Source: Actinomycetota bacterium (GTDB taxonomy: Bacteria; Actinomycetota; UBA4738; HRBIN12). From it: a stretch of DNA of 64,000 nucleotides. A program made the translations under genes and the position numbers. Positions 55,323 to 64,000 of the stretch are shown piece by piece (the stretch's first letter is position 1; each line of letters opens with the position of its first letter). The DNA lies in assembly GCA_039933515.1 (NCBI GenBank), contig JBDTNY010000127.1, positions 7,160-71,159 of the forward strand. The letters run 5' to 3'. The notes beneath the pieces were generated by a model, which was not told the DNA's origin, ran no database searches, and saw only the letters and a list, made by a program, of their open reading frames with translations.

Positions 55323-56521
55323 CGAAGGCCCACCTCCGCGACATGCACCCCGAGCGTGAGCTCGATCTGCTCGGGACGGCAGCCGAACGCTCGAAGGAGC
55401 ACCGCCCCAGCCTCGCGCGCTTGGCCGAACGCCTCAGCCACGGAACGGCGCGCACCGATGAATGCCCGCTGGAAGCAGAAGTGCGGCAGGTCGAGCCCGG
55501 CGGGCACGTCGTAGCCCGCGTGCTCCCAATCCCATGCGACCACCCCGCCGTCGTCGATCCCGAGGTTCCAGGGCGACCAGTCGCCGTGCCAGCCGCCGTG
55601 CTCCAGCTCGATCCCCGAGACCCGGTCGAGCGCGTCGAGGAGATCGCCGATCGCGACGGCGAGGGCGGGATCGGCTCCGGTCCGGGCCGCATCCTCCCAG
55701 GTGGCGCGGAGCCGCTCGCGCACCGGCGACTCGGCGTAGGTCGACGAGCCGGTGCTCCCGAGGCGTTCGACGACCTCTCGGGTCGCGGCAACCGGCGGCG
55801 GTGACGCGGCACGCCACCGTCGGATCGACGCGGGCAACGGCGCACTGACGACGAGGCGGTGACCCCCCCAGGCGCCTGCCTCCCTCAGTCGTGGCGCGAC
55901 GACGGTTCCCGCAGATCCCGCCATCGCGGACAACGCGATCGCCTCGGCAGCCAAACGCTCGTCGGTCGCGGTGTTCCACCCCACCTTGGCGTAGGCCAGG
56001 GTGGCGCCATCGCCATCGACGACCTGCACGACCGGCTTGCGCGAGGGGGACGGTGGGCGCACGTTCACCACCAGGGAAACCGGGACCTCGAGTAGCTCCT
56101 CGAGCGCTGCGGCGAGCCGTTGGCCGCGCGGCGCCGCGAGCGACATCTGCGCTCCCGGCGCCCCGTAAACCAGCAGCTGGTCGCGGAAGAACGTGCCGCC
56201 CATGCCCGCGCCGATCACCGCGGCCGCCGCCCTGCGCCCCAATCGTGCTCCGCCCGACCTCGTGCCGGCGCCGGCAGCGAGCGCCCCGGCGCCCGTTGCA
56301 CGTTCAGCCGGTACGAGGACCCTGGGAGCCCGGGCGTTAGGCACCACGCGGTAGCGCTCGAGGACGTCGGTGCCAGAAGGTGGCTGTTCCAGCGTCACCC
56401 CGATACCGTCGACACCCCCCCACAAGACATCGGCGATCCAGACGAGATCGGAGCTCGCGCCCGGGCCGAGGGTCGTCCGCATGTCGGTCACGGCCGCAAG
56501 GCTACGCCCCCGGAGGAGCAC
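55214..56521 (-). CDS. phosphotransferase-family protein (APH/choline-kinase-like)
   Basis: Brenner motif HGDWSPWN plus DWEHAG. The 3' end overlaps the Wzy-like gene by 109 nt (convergent). Confidence 0.55.
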   Translation of the reverse strand: MLLRGRSLAAVTDMRTTLGPGASSDLVWIADVLWGGVDGIGVTLEQPPSGTDVLERYRVVPNARAPRVLVPAERATGAGALAAGAGTRSGGARLGRRAAAAVIGAGMGGTFFRDQLLVYGAPGAQMSLAAPRGQRLAAALEELLEVPVSLVVNVRPPSPSRKPVVQVVDGDGATLAYAKVGWNTATDERLAAEAIALSAMAGSAGTVVAPRLREAGAWGGHRLVVSAPLPASIRRWRAASPPPVAATREVVERLGSTGSSTYAESPVRERLRATWEDAARTGADPALAVAIGDLLDALDRVSGIELEHGGWHGDWSPWNLGIDDGGVVAWDWEHAGYDVPAGLDLPHFCFQRAFIGARRSVAEAFGQAREAGAVLLRAFGCRPEQIELTLGVHVAEVGLRYLGAAVRGAPANPRFAADGAAAVAAEAARRAGPAS

Positions 56522-56542
56522 CGCGGCCGGAAGATCACGGGT

Positions 56543-57745
56543 TCAGCCGCGGGGCAGACCGAGCGCGTAGATCCTGCCGTCGCGCACGCCGACGAACAGG
56601 CGTCCGTCGGAGATCGCGGGCGAGGTGCTGATCCCGCGAGAGAAGAACCCGCCCTCGAACTTCCAGCCCGAGTTCCACAGTTCGCCCCCCGTGGCGGCAT
56701 CGAGCGCATATAGACGGTGATCGAACGACCCGAGGAACAGGATGCCACCGGCGTATGAGGGCGACGACGTGCTGTAGTCGGCGAGCGTCGCCCGCCATGC
56801 GATGCGGCCGTCGGCGACGTCGAGGGCGACCGCGTGGCCCGTCATCGTTCCGTTCGCCAAGGTCTCTCCCGTCGTCACGTAGACGCGGCCCTCGGCGACG
56901 GCCGGGGCCATCCGTACGACGCCGGCGGCGCCGTCGATCAGCACGTCGGCCCGCCACTGCTCGCGGCCGGTCGCCGCGTCGAACGCGTACACCCTCCCCC
57001 GGTCGGTGCCCACGAACACGCGACCGCCCGCGACGGCGGGAACGCCCCGTCCGCGCCCCCAGATGTCCGCGCTCCACTCGAGCTCGCCGGTCGTCGCGTT
57101 CAAGGCAAACACTCGCTGTTGGTCGGAAGCCACGAAGACGAGGCCGTTCGATGCGGCCGCAGCGTCCCACACGGTCCACGTGTGGTAGCTCCAATTCCGC
57201 CCACCCGTGGCCGCGTCGAACGCAGAGACGTCGCCACCTCGCGACCCCACGATCACCTGGCCCCCGGTGACGAGCGGTGGCGCCGTCACGGCGCCACCCA
57301 GATCCTGGCTCCAGCGCACCGCACCCGTCGCCGCCGCGAACGCGTACAGGGATCCGCTGTCCGAGCCCACGAATACGGAGCCACCGGCGACCGCCGGTGA
57401 GGACCGGACGGGGCCGCCGGTCTGGCGCGACCACAAGATGACGCCGGCGTTGGCACCCAGGGCGTAGAGCCGGCCGTCGTCGGAGCCCACGTAGATCACG
57501 CCGTTGACGACGGCGGCCGACGAGTTCACGCCTTCGGCTGAGGGCCGGGTCGCGCGCGACCACTTGATCTCGAGGCGGTCGAGCCGATCTGCGGGGATCG
57601 CCGGACCGGTGGCCACGCCCGTCCTCGCCGGGTTCGCGTGGTACTGGGGCCAGTCCGCCCGTGCGGGCACGGAGAGTGAGAGCGTCAACGCGCACACCGC
57701 CACCGCGGTGCGGGCGGCTGCGCGCCGGGGGGATCGACCGAACAT
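56543..57745 (-). CDS. secreted PQQ-like beta-propeller repeat protein
   Basis: Signal peptide (AVAVCALTLSLSVPARA) followed by at least 7 blades with G(R)(L/V)YA(F/L)DAATG motifs. Confidence 0.65.
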   Translation of the reverse strand: MFGRSPRRAAARTAVAVCALTLSLSVPARADWPQYHANPARTGVATGPAIPADRLDRLEIKWSRATRPSAEGVNSSAAVVNGVIYVGSDDGRLYALGANAGVILWSRQTGGPVRSSPAVAGGSVFVGSDSGSLYAFAAATGAVRWSQDLGGAVTAPPLVTGGQVIVGSRGGDVSAFDAATGGRNWSYHTWTVWDAAAASNGLVFVASDQQRVFALNATTGELEWSADIWGRGRGVPAVAGGRVFVGTDRGRVYAFDAATGREQWRADVLIDGAAGVVRMAPAVAEGRVYVTTGETLANGTMTGHAVALDVADGRIAWRATLADYSTSSPSYAGGILFLGSFDHRLYALDAATGGELWNSGWKFEGGFFSRGISTSPAISDGRLFVGVRDGRIYALGLPRG

Positions 57746-57836
57746 GGGTACCTCCAGGTACCGGGGGAAGGCCTGTCCAGGCTACCGGGAACCGTGCGGG
57801 CGGGACCGGACCGGTCTGCCTGCCGGCCGGCAGGGA

Positions 57837-59420
57837 TCAGACTTCGACAGCCTCGAGGATCTCGCTCGGCTCGGCGATCTCCGGTGCCGTTCCACCTCGG
57901 AGCGCCCCGAGGAAGGCGTCCATCCGCAACGCGCTCCGCCACCGCAGGAGCACGGCGGTGTAGGCCGCGCCCGCCGTGATGAGGAACACCGCGAGACCGG
58001 GAACGGTGGCCCCGAGCGTGAGGCGCACCGTAAGCCCGATCCCGCCCACGCAGAGCAACGCGGCCGCGACGACGATCGCATACCCACGCCCGAACGGACG
58101 CATGCCGAGGAACCACCAGACCTCGGCCAAGGCCAGCAGGTTGTCCACGACGATCGACACCGCCCACGCCACCGCCGCTCCCTCCATGCCGAACCGCGGG
58201 ATCAGCAGCAGGTTGAGGCCCACGTTCAGTCCGATCGCGACGGCCGTGTTCACGAGGTTCCACGAGCTCTTGCCGCCCATCAACAGAACCACGGTGACGT
58301 TGCCCGTCCCCAGGTTCACGAGCATCGCGACGGCGAGGATCGCCAGGGCGCCCTGGCCCGACGTGAACGCGGGCCCGAACACCCTCAACAGGAGCGGAGC
58401 GAAGCACGCGAGGGTCAGGAACAGCGGCCATGAGACGGCGATCAACCACCACGTCGCGGTCTGATACAGGGTCTGGGCTCCGTCCCGATCCTCACGAGCG
58501 AGCAATCCGGCGATCTGTGGCGCGATGGCGAGCCGCACCGCCTGGAGCGCAAAGGTCCCGACCATCACGACTCGGCTGACCGCGGCGTAGACGCCCACCT
58601 CGGCGGTCGGACGGAAGAGGCCGAGCAGGAGCACGTCGAACCACAGCACCGTGACCTGGAACGCGGCCGCGACCCCGCGGGGCGCTGAGAAGCGCCAGAA
58701 GGACCGCGCGATCGCGGCGAGCGAACGGGTCGGCACGCCCGTGGACCCGAGACGCCGGTGCAGCCGCGAGAGCGCGATCATCGCGGCGACACACGCCACG
58801 GCCTCGGGCAGCCCCCAGCCGGCGGCGATCCAAGCCGAGCCGAGACCGGCGGCCAGGGCCGGGGCGACGAGCACAGGCTTGAGCACGGGGGTGAGGACGC
58901 TGTCGATCGCGACGAACGGCACCATCGTGCCGAACCCGCGCGAGGCGGCGAGGGCGACCGTCGCCGTCGTGGCGACCGGCAGGAACGGCGCGAGCCCGCG
59001 GATGAACGCCGCTCCCTCGGCGCGATGGTCCCCCACGAACCAGATCGCGAGCCGGTCGGCGCCGAGCCACACGGCGAGTCCCATGACCGCGCCGGCGATC
59101 GCAGCAGGCACCAGGGCGACGGCGATGATCGTGCCGATCTCCTGCGTTCGACCCAGCGCGCGGGCCCTCGAGACGAACCGAACCACGCCGCTATCGGCTC
59201 CGAGCTCCGCGACGTTGGCTGCGATCGTGAATACCGCGATCGCGCCGAAGACCACCCCGGCGCCCGAGGGCCCGAGGGCCCGGGTGATCACGATCACGAG
59301 CACGAAGCCGAGTGCGCCGGCGAGCACGAGCCCCGCGAGGTTCAGCGTGCCCCCGCGGGCGACAGACCGAAGCTCGGGCCGCGGGACCGTCGAGACCGAG
59401 ACCCGGGGCTCAGACACCAC
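57837..59420 (-). CDS. polysaccharide-biosynthesis flippase (Wzx-like, MOP superfamily)
   Basis: About 14 TM protein with a Wzx-type N-terminus (LNLAGLVLAGALGFVLVIVITRALG). Start set at GTG 59420/59417, overlapping the GT2 stop. Confidence 0.65.
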   Translation of the reverse strand: MVSEPRVSVSTVPRPELRSVARGGTLNLAGLVLAGALGFVLVIVITRALGPSGAGVVFGAIAVFTIAANVAELGADSGVVRFVSRARALGRTQEIGTIIAVALVPAAIAGAVMGLAVWLGADRLAIWFVGDHRAEGAAFIRGLAPFLPVATTATVALAASRGFGTMVPFVAIDSVLTPVLKPVLVAPALAAGLGSAWIAAGWGLPEAVACVAAMIALSRLHRRLGSTGVPTRSLAAIARSFWRFSAPRGVAAAFQVTVLWFDVLLLGLFRPTAEVGVYAAVSRVVMVGTFALQAVRLAIAPQIAGLLAREDRDGAQTLYQTATWWLIAVSWPLFLTLACFAPLLLRVFGPAFTSGQGALAILAVAMLVNLGTGNVTVVLLMGGKSSWNLVNTAVAIGLNVGLNLLLIPRFGMEGAAVAWAVSIVVDNLLALAEVWWFLGMRPFGRGYAIVVAAALLCVGGIGLTVRLTLGATVPGLAVFLITAGAAYTAVLLRWRSALRMDAFLGALRGGTAPEIAEPSEILEAVEV

Positions 59421-60348
59421 GGCCGGACCGGTTCGCCCAGGCCTCGACCGTCTCGGGACGCACGAGCCGGGCCGAGACCGCGAGCGCGAGGTATGGCCGC
59501 CGTTCGAGGGGCCGGCGTCGGATGCTCCGCCACGCCCAGCCCCGCGCATCCGACGGGCGGCCGAGCGCAGCTTGCGCGAACGCGAGACGGCCGTAGAGCC
59601 GTGCCGCGTTCCTCCGATCGACGAGCACCTCCGGGTGCTTGGCGGTCAGGTAGACGATCGCGTCCGCGATCGTTTGCCAGCGTGCGGTGAAGAACGAGTC
59701 CCCCGAGCGATACACGCGGACGAATGGTTTACGCACGGCCGTGATGTCCCCCACGGCGACCGCCCGCAACAGCCACTCGTAATCCTCCCCGTAGCTTCCA
59801 GGGATCGCCTCGTCGATCGGTCCGATCGTGGTCTCGAAGGCGCGACGCCGGACGACGACCGTCGAGGGGTGGATCTCGGTCGCCCGGGACCGTAGCAGGA
59901 CCCCGGGCGTCACGCGCTCGTGGGCGCAGACGCGCGCGATGCGGCGCTCCCCCGCCACGACCTCGATCCCCGTAACCGCCACGTCGGCGCCCGATGCCTC
60001 GAGCGCAGCGAGCTGATGAACGAGCTTGCCCGGAAGCCATTCGTCGTCGTCATCGCAGAACGCAAGCACCTCGCCGAACCCGCGTTCGGCCCCGGTGTTC
60101 CGCGCACCTGCGAGTCCCGGCGTTCGATCGTTGGACATGACGCGCAGCGAGCGGTCTCCTCCGTCGCGCGGCGCGACGTCACCGAGGTCGAACGCCGGGC
60201 TCTGGTCGAACACCACCAGGCATTCGACCGTGCCCGGGTACGCCTGCGACAGCACCGACCGGATCGCGCGGCGCAACAAGGCCGGGCGTTCGCGCGTGGC
60301 GATCACCACGCTCACGGACGGCCAGGAAGTGGAAGGTACCGCGCTCAT
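59410..60348 (-). CDS. glycosyltransferase family 2
   Basis: GT-A fold (SVVIATRERP, DxD CDDDDEW). ATG at 60348 is preceded by GAGG and overlaps the upstream sulfotransferase stop (ATGA). Confidence 0.75.
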   Translation of the reverse strand: MSAVPSTSWPSVSVVIATRERPALLRRAIRSVLSQAYPGTVECLVVFDQSPAFDLGDVAPRDGGDRSLRVMSNDRTPGLAGARNTGAERGFGEVLAFCDDDDEWLPGKLVHQLAALEASGADVAVTGIEVVAGERRIARVCAHERVTPGVLLRSRATEIHPSTVVVRRRAFETTIGPIDEAIPGSYGEDYEWLLRAVAVGDITAVRKPFVRVYRSGDSFFTARWQTIADAIVYLTAKHPEVLVDRRNAARLYGRLAFAQAALGRPSDARGWAWRSIRRRPLERRPYLALAVSARLVRPETVEAWANRSGRGV

Positions 60349-61262
60349 GCGGCTCGACCTCGATAGCCGCCGACGACACGGAGGGGCAAAGTGATCGCGC
60401 CGACGATCACGCGGTCGCGCCGTGGCATCTGGCTGCGCCATGCGTCGTCGGCCACGATCTCGACCGGCCCGGTGCGGAACCGCATGGGGTTCCCCGAGAT
60501 CGAGTGGTCGATGCCGAGCAGCGCGGTGCGTTCGTCGGCGAAGATCGGGGCGGTCGATGCAGCCCCCGTCTGCACGAGGATCCGGTGGGCCCACGGCCCG
60601 GGCGTGCGGACCACGTCCTCATACCGGGCGGCGGGACGCAGGGATCCGGGCGCCAGTCGGAGGATGGCGAAGGCCGCGTTCGTGGCGAGCCAGCGGACCG
60701 CCGTCCGCACGGGGCCGGTTCTGGCCATGAAGGAGTCGGGTGCGTCGGGGCGCGCGACGGTCTTGCCCCAGGAGAACGCTACGGCCCGGGGGTCGCGCAC
60801 GAGCTGCAGCAGTCGGACGTCGATCCCGGGTACGTGCCGCAGAACGGCAGCCGTTGAGACCTGCTTGGAGGAGTCGACGATCATGCTCGCACCCGCGGTG
60901 TGGGCCACCGCTTCATACACGCGCCCCAGCAAGTCGGCGTAGGCGCGCAGTCGCCGTGCGTAGGCCGGTGCGAGCCACGGAGCAAGCATCAGCGGCAGAT
61001 ACCGGTTCCGGTCGACCGATCGCTGCAGCCGAAGGGTCGCGGCCGCGTCGAGCGCGTCCCATCCCCCGACCGCGCGCCGGCCGACCTCTTCCCAGAACCC
61101 ACACCGTCGGAATGCCTCCCCGCACCCGCAGCGCTCGTCCCGCATGAGCCCGCGATCCCACAGGAACACGAACTCGCCCACGGAACACGTGCCGGGCGCC
61201 TGCCCGAGGATCCGGTCCACGAGGGTGCTCCCCGACCGTCCGAGCCCGCCGATGTAGAGCAC
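60345..61262 (-). CDS. sulfotransferase-family protein (PAPS-dependent, Sulfotransfer_3-like)
   Basis: 5'-PSB-like loop IGGLGRSGSTL and 3'-PB-like LVRDPRAVAFSW. Also a CGCGE..C cysteine cluster. Confidence 0.65.
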   Translation of the reverse strand: MLYIGGLGRSGSTLVDRILGQAPGTCSVGEFVFLWDRGLMRDERCGCGEAFRRCGFWEEVGRRAVGGWDALDAAATLRLQRSVDRNRYLPLMLAPWLAPAYARRLRAYADLLGRVYEAVAHTAGASMIVDSSKQVSTAAVLRHVPGIDVRLLQLVRDPRAVAFSWGKTVARPDAPDSFMARTGPVRTAVRWLATNAAFAILRLAPGSLRPAARYEDVVRTPGPWAHRILVQTGAASTAPIFADERTALLGIDHSISGNPMRFRTGPVEIVADDAWRSQMPRRDRVIVGAITLPLRVVGGYRGRAA

Positions 61263-61270
61263 AGGAAGGC

Positions 61271-62767
61271 TCAGGACCTCTCACCCCACAGGGCGTACCC
61301 ATACATCGCGATGAGCGGAGCCGTGATCGCGGATACGACGGCCCATTGACGTGGGCGGAGCGACCGGCGCCATTCGTCGTCGACCGTGACCTCGACGGGG
61401 CCCTGTAGCAGCCGCATCGGGTTCCCGTCGACCGTGTGATCGACCCCGAGGTCGGCGACGCCGTCGTGCATGAACGCGAGATCCCCTTCCGCGACGTCCA
61501 CCTCGGCCCATCGCAGGACGTCGGCGACGATCTGCGCAGGGCGGGCGACCAGGTCCTCGTATCGCAGGAACCGCGAGGGGACGCGCCGCGTACGCACCAC
61601 GTGTGCGGCCGCGTTGTACAACAGGTAGCGGATCGACGCGGCCGCCACGCCGTATCGCGGCAGATGATCGCGACCGTCGCCATCAGCGCGGACGATCTCC
61701 TTCTGCCACGAGAAGACCACCCCGCGCGGGTCCCGGACGAGATGGAGCACCCGCAGGTCGACGCCAGGGATCTGGCGCAACAACAGGGAGTGCGTGGGGA
61801 GCTTCGACGAGTCCACGATCACCCGGGCGCCGGTGACGTCGGCGATCGCGCGGTATAGCTGGCCCAGGAGCTCGGCGTATCGCATCACGTCGTGGTCGCC
61901 CACCGGTGCCGCACGCGCGGTCAGGACCCGCGGGATCGAGCCCGCACGATCGACCCTCGCGCGCAGGGCGGCCACCTCCGCGGCGTCCAGGCGGTCCCAT
62001 CCGCCGAACGCGCGCTCGCCGATCCGGCGCCAGAGCTCGCAGTCGTGGAAGCGCTCCCCGCAGCCGCAGAGTCGATCCTCGACCAAGCCGCGCTGCCAGA
62101 GCTCGCGGAGCTCGCCGATCGAACACACGCCCGGGACCTGCCCGAGGAGCCGGTCCAGCAGCGTGCTGCCGCTGCGCCCCCATCCCGTGATCGAGATCAC
62201 ACGCACCGTACGTGCCGCCGAGGCTTGAGTGGAGCCGGCGCCCCGCTCGAACAGCCGGTCGACGAGCCGGCCGAACCGCTCGGTCGCCGCGGCCGCAGGG
62301 TCGTGGCCCGCGAGATCGAGCCGGAACCCCTCGTCGCCTCCGAGCGCACGCTCGAGCAGCGACGTGAGCTCGTCGGCCGTCGACGCGAGATGCACCTGCC
62401 CGGCCTGGGCGACGCGCGTCGCGAACCGCACCTGGTGGTCGTCGACGTGCTCGCCGAGACCGCTCTGTCGCGGGATGCAGATCGGCACCACCCCTGACTC
62501 GCGCGCCCCCATGATCGTGCCCGGCCCGCCGTGACAGATGACCGCGACGGCCTCGGCCATCATCGCCTCCAGTTCGGCGACGGGCAGCAGATCGTGGCCC
62601 TCTGCGTGCACGGGAGGGCGCGAGGTGCCGTACTGGATCACCACGCGGGCACGGTGGGCGTTGGCGTTGGCCCAGTCGTCGACCCACGCGACGGCACGGT
62701 CGAACGGGTGGTGGTCGGTGCCCACCACGAGCATGACGAGCGGGAGCGGGAAAGAGGTGGCCATCAT
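61271..62767 (-). CDS. fusion protein: Alg13-like glycosyltransferase (GT28 C-terminal domain) plus sulfotransferase domain
   Basis: The N-terminal ~170 aa is Alg13/PssE-like (LVMLVVGTDHHPFDR, ICHGGPGTIMGA). The C-terminal ~320 aa is a paralog of the adjacent sulfotransferase (ITGWGRSGSTL, LVRDPRGVVFSW, CGCGERFHDC). Confidence 0.6.
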   Translation of the reverse strand: MMATSFPLPLVMLVVGTDHHPFDRAVAWVDDWANANAHRARVVIQYGTSRPPVHAEGHDLLPVAELEAMMAEAVAVICHGGPGTIMGARESGVVPICIPRQSGLGEHVDDHQVRFATRVAQAGQVHLASTADELTSLLERALGGDEGFRLDLAGHDPAAAATERFGRLVDRLFERGAGSTQASAARTVRVISITGWGRSGSTLLDRLLGQVPGVCSIGELRELWQRGLVEDRLCGCGERFHDCELWRRIGERAFGGWDRLDAAEVAALRARVDRAGSIPRVLTARAAPVGDHDVMRYAELLGQLYRAIADVTGARVIVDSSKLPTHSLLLRQIPGVDLRVLHLVRDPRGVVFSWQKEIVRADGDGRDHLPRYGVAAASIRYLLYNAAAHVVRTRRVPSRFLRYEDLVARPAQIVADVLRWAEVDVAEGDLAFMHDGVADLGVDHTVDGNPMRLLQGPVEVTVDDEWRRSLRPRQWAVVSAITAPLIAMYGYALWGERS

Positions 62768-62771
62768 CCGC

Positions 62772-63221
62772 CTACAGGAGCGTGCCGATCAGCTCGGCCC
62801 TGGGGTAGAGGGCGCGCTGCTCCTCCCACTGCACGCAGAACAGGTCGGTTATCGGGTAGCAGAGCCGGCCCGTGAGCGTGCGGGAGTCGATACGGTCGTA
62901 CACCTCGAGGTAGACGGTCTTGACCCGATGCAGCTTGGCCACCACGAAGAACGGGAACGCCACGCCGGCGCCGTCTGAGACGACGATGTCGGGGCGTTCG
63001 CGGCGGATCGTCCGCCAGCTGAGCCAGAGGTTGCGCACGGTGTTCTTCACATTCCGCGTGGTGGGGTGGTAGGCCCAGATCACGCGCTCGTCGGCCAGGA
63101 GCGAAACGGCGTCGCGGGTATCGAACGTCACCCAGAACCGGTCGTGAGGCTCGTACCAATTGTGGAGTCGCCACAGTTGTCCGAGGTGCCCCCCCGAGGA
63201 GCACACCAGCGCGATCTTCAC
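62772..63221 (-). CDS. Alg14-like glycosyltransferase subunit (PssD/EpsE-type)
   Basis: MKIALVCSSGGHLGQLWRL and TRNVKNTVRN match the Alg14 family. Directly upstream of the Alg13-like domain gene. Confidence 0.7.
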   Translation of the reverse strand: MKIALVCSSGGHLGQLWRLHNWYEPHDRFWVTFDTRDAVSLLADERVIWAYHPTTRNVKNTVRNLWLSWRTIRRERPDIVVSDGAGVAFPFFVVAKLHRVKTVYLEVYDRIDSRTLTGRLCYPITDLFCVQWEEQRALYPRAELIGTLL

Positions 63222-63222
63222 G

Positions 63223-64000
63223 TCAGTATGCCCCGCGCTTGGAGACCAGGACGGGGATCGTCTTGGCCAAGATGTAGAGGTCGTAGGCCAGGGACCAGTT
63301 CTCGATGTAGAAGAGGTCGAGCCGCACGCAGTCCTCGAACGAGAGGTCGCTGCGCCCGCTGACCTGCCACAGACCGCTGATGCCCGGCGGGACCTCGAGC
63401 CGATCGAACTGCCAGTCCTCGTACCGGGTGACCTCTTCGGGCAGCGGCGGTCGCGGGCCCACGAGGCTCATGTCGCCGATCACCACGTTCAGCAGCTGCG
63501 GCAGCTCGTCGAGGCTCACCTTCCGCAGGAACCGGCCCACCGCCGTCACGCGCGGGTCGTCCTTCAGCTTGAACATCAGGCCTTCGACGCCGTGCTGCTC
63601 GCGCAGCTCGTCCACCATCCGGTCGGCGCCCACCTGCATCGTGCGGAACTTCAGCATCGTGAACGGCCGCCCTCGATGACCGACGCGCTTCTGGCGGAAG
63701 AGGACGGGGCCGGGCGAGGTCAGCTTGACGGCGAGCGCGATCGTGGCCAGCACGGGCGAGACCAAGAGCAGGCCGAGGCCGGCCACCGCGATGTCGAACG
63801 CGCGCTTGATCACCACCTGGGTCCCGGTGAGACGCGCGGGGCGCAGCGACAGCGCGGTCACGCCCCCCAGCGACTGCACGGCGACGCGGCTCGAGAGCAC
63901 TTCGGGCAGCGTGGCGGTCACCCGCACCTCGACGCCCTCCAGCCGGACCGCCTTGGCCACGTAGCCCATCTCGAAGGCCGAGAGCGCGCTCGCCGCCACG
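63223..64000 (-). CDS. undecaprenyl-phosphate sugar phosphotransferase (WbaP/CpsE-like priming transferase), partial - N-terminus beyond window
   Basis: Bac_transf C-terminal domain (KRAFDIAVAGLGLLLVSPVL, GRPFTMLKFRTM, DELPQLLNVVIGDMSLVGPRP, SDLSFEDCVRLDLFYIENWSL). The track start at 63999 is only an internal Met. Confidence 0.8.
   Translation of the reverse strand, partial: VAASALSAFEMGYVAKAVRLEGVEVRVTATLPEVLSSRVAVQSLGGVTALSLRPARLTGTQVVIKRAFDIAVAGLGLLLVSPVLATIALAVKLTSPGPVLFRQKRVGHRGRPFTMLKFRTMQVGADRMVDELREQHGVEGLMFKLKDDPRVTAVGRFLRKVSLDELPQLLNVVIGDMSLVGPRPPLPEEVTRYEDWQFDRLEVPPGISGLWQVSGRSDLSFEDCVRLDLFYIENWSLAYDLYILAKTIPVLVSKRGAY

Noticed and set aside
1-64000. CRISPR arrays, rRNA/tRNA genes, IS elements or integrases
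   Set aside because: No regularly spaced direct repeats, no transposase or integrase-like ORFs, and no low-GC island were seen. GC content and coding density are uniform throughout.

Overview
High-GC (about 70%) actinobacterial-type chromosomal segment, densely coding on both strands. No rRNA, tRNA, CRISPR array or obvious mobile element was found. Gene content, left to right: a partial PucR regulator divergent from gabT; an MFS transporter; a cyanophycin-synthetase-like protein that has only the N-domain and Mur-ligase domain and lacks the ATP-grasp domain; a trehalose module (otsA, otsB, GH15 trehalase-type hydrolase); a minus-strand string cphB-cphA-DksA/TraR zinc finger-pgi-gnd (canonical cyanophycinase and cyanophycin synthetase); an AlkA-like glycosylase; a Mg2+-related block (TM-only MgtE-like membrane protein, PhoU/TrkA-C protein, stand-alone Lrp/AsnC RAM-domain protein, CorA plus a small coupled ORF); ispH; a long structured leader upstream of a secreted transglycosylase-like gene; a large phosphate island (Nudix/His-phosphatase MutT1-like, CHAD, ppk1, an orphan DUF47, DUF47-pitA plus a coupled small membrane ORF, pstSCAB-phoU-OmpR-family response regulator, a candidate PHO box, and a divergent SenX3-like kinase); a histidine phosphatase/DUF3090/SCO1664-family trio; ogt; a lipoprotein; YihY; PAP2 phosphatase coupled to a DAG-kinase-like lipid kinase; a MEDS/HATPase protein; a rhomboid protease; two PQQ-like beta-propeller proteins; pheA; and, from about 49.5 kb to the window edge, an exopolysaccharide locus (Wzc-like tyrosine autokinase, DUF4012, small secreted peptide, Wzy-like, APH-like phosphotransferase, Wzx, GT2, two sulfotransferase domains with one fused to an Alg13-like GT, Alg14-like, and a partial WbaP-like priming transferase). 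The two most novel-looking items are the G-domain-less CphA paralog and the sulfotransferase-bearing EPS cluster with the Alg13-sulfotransferase fusion. The supplied ORF track omits ORFs that run off the window edges and contains many GC-rich antisense artefacts. Most long track ORFs needed their starts trimmed.
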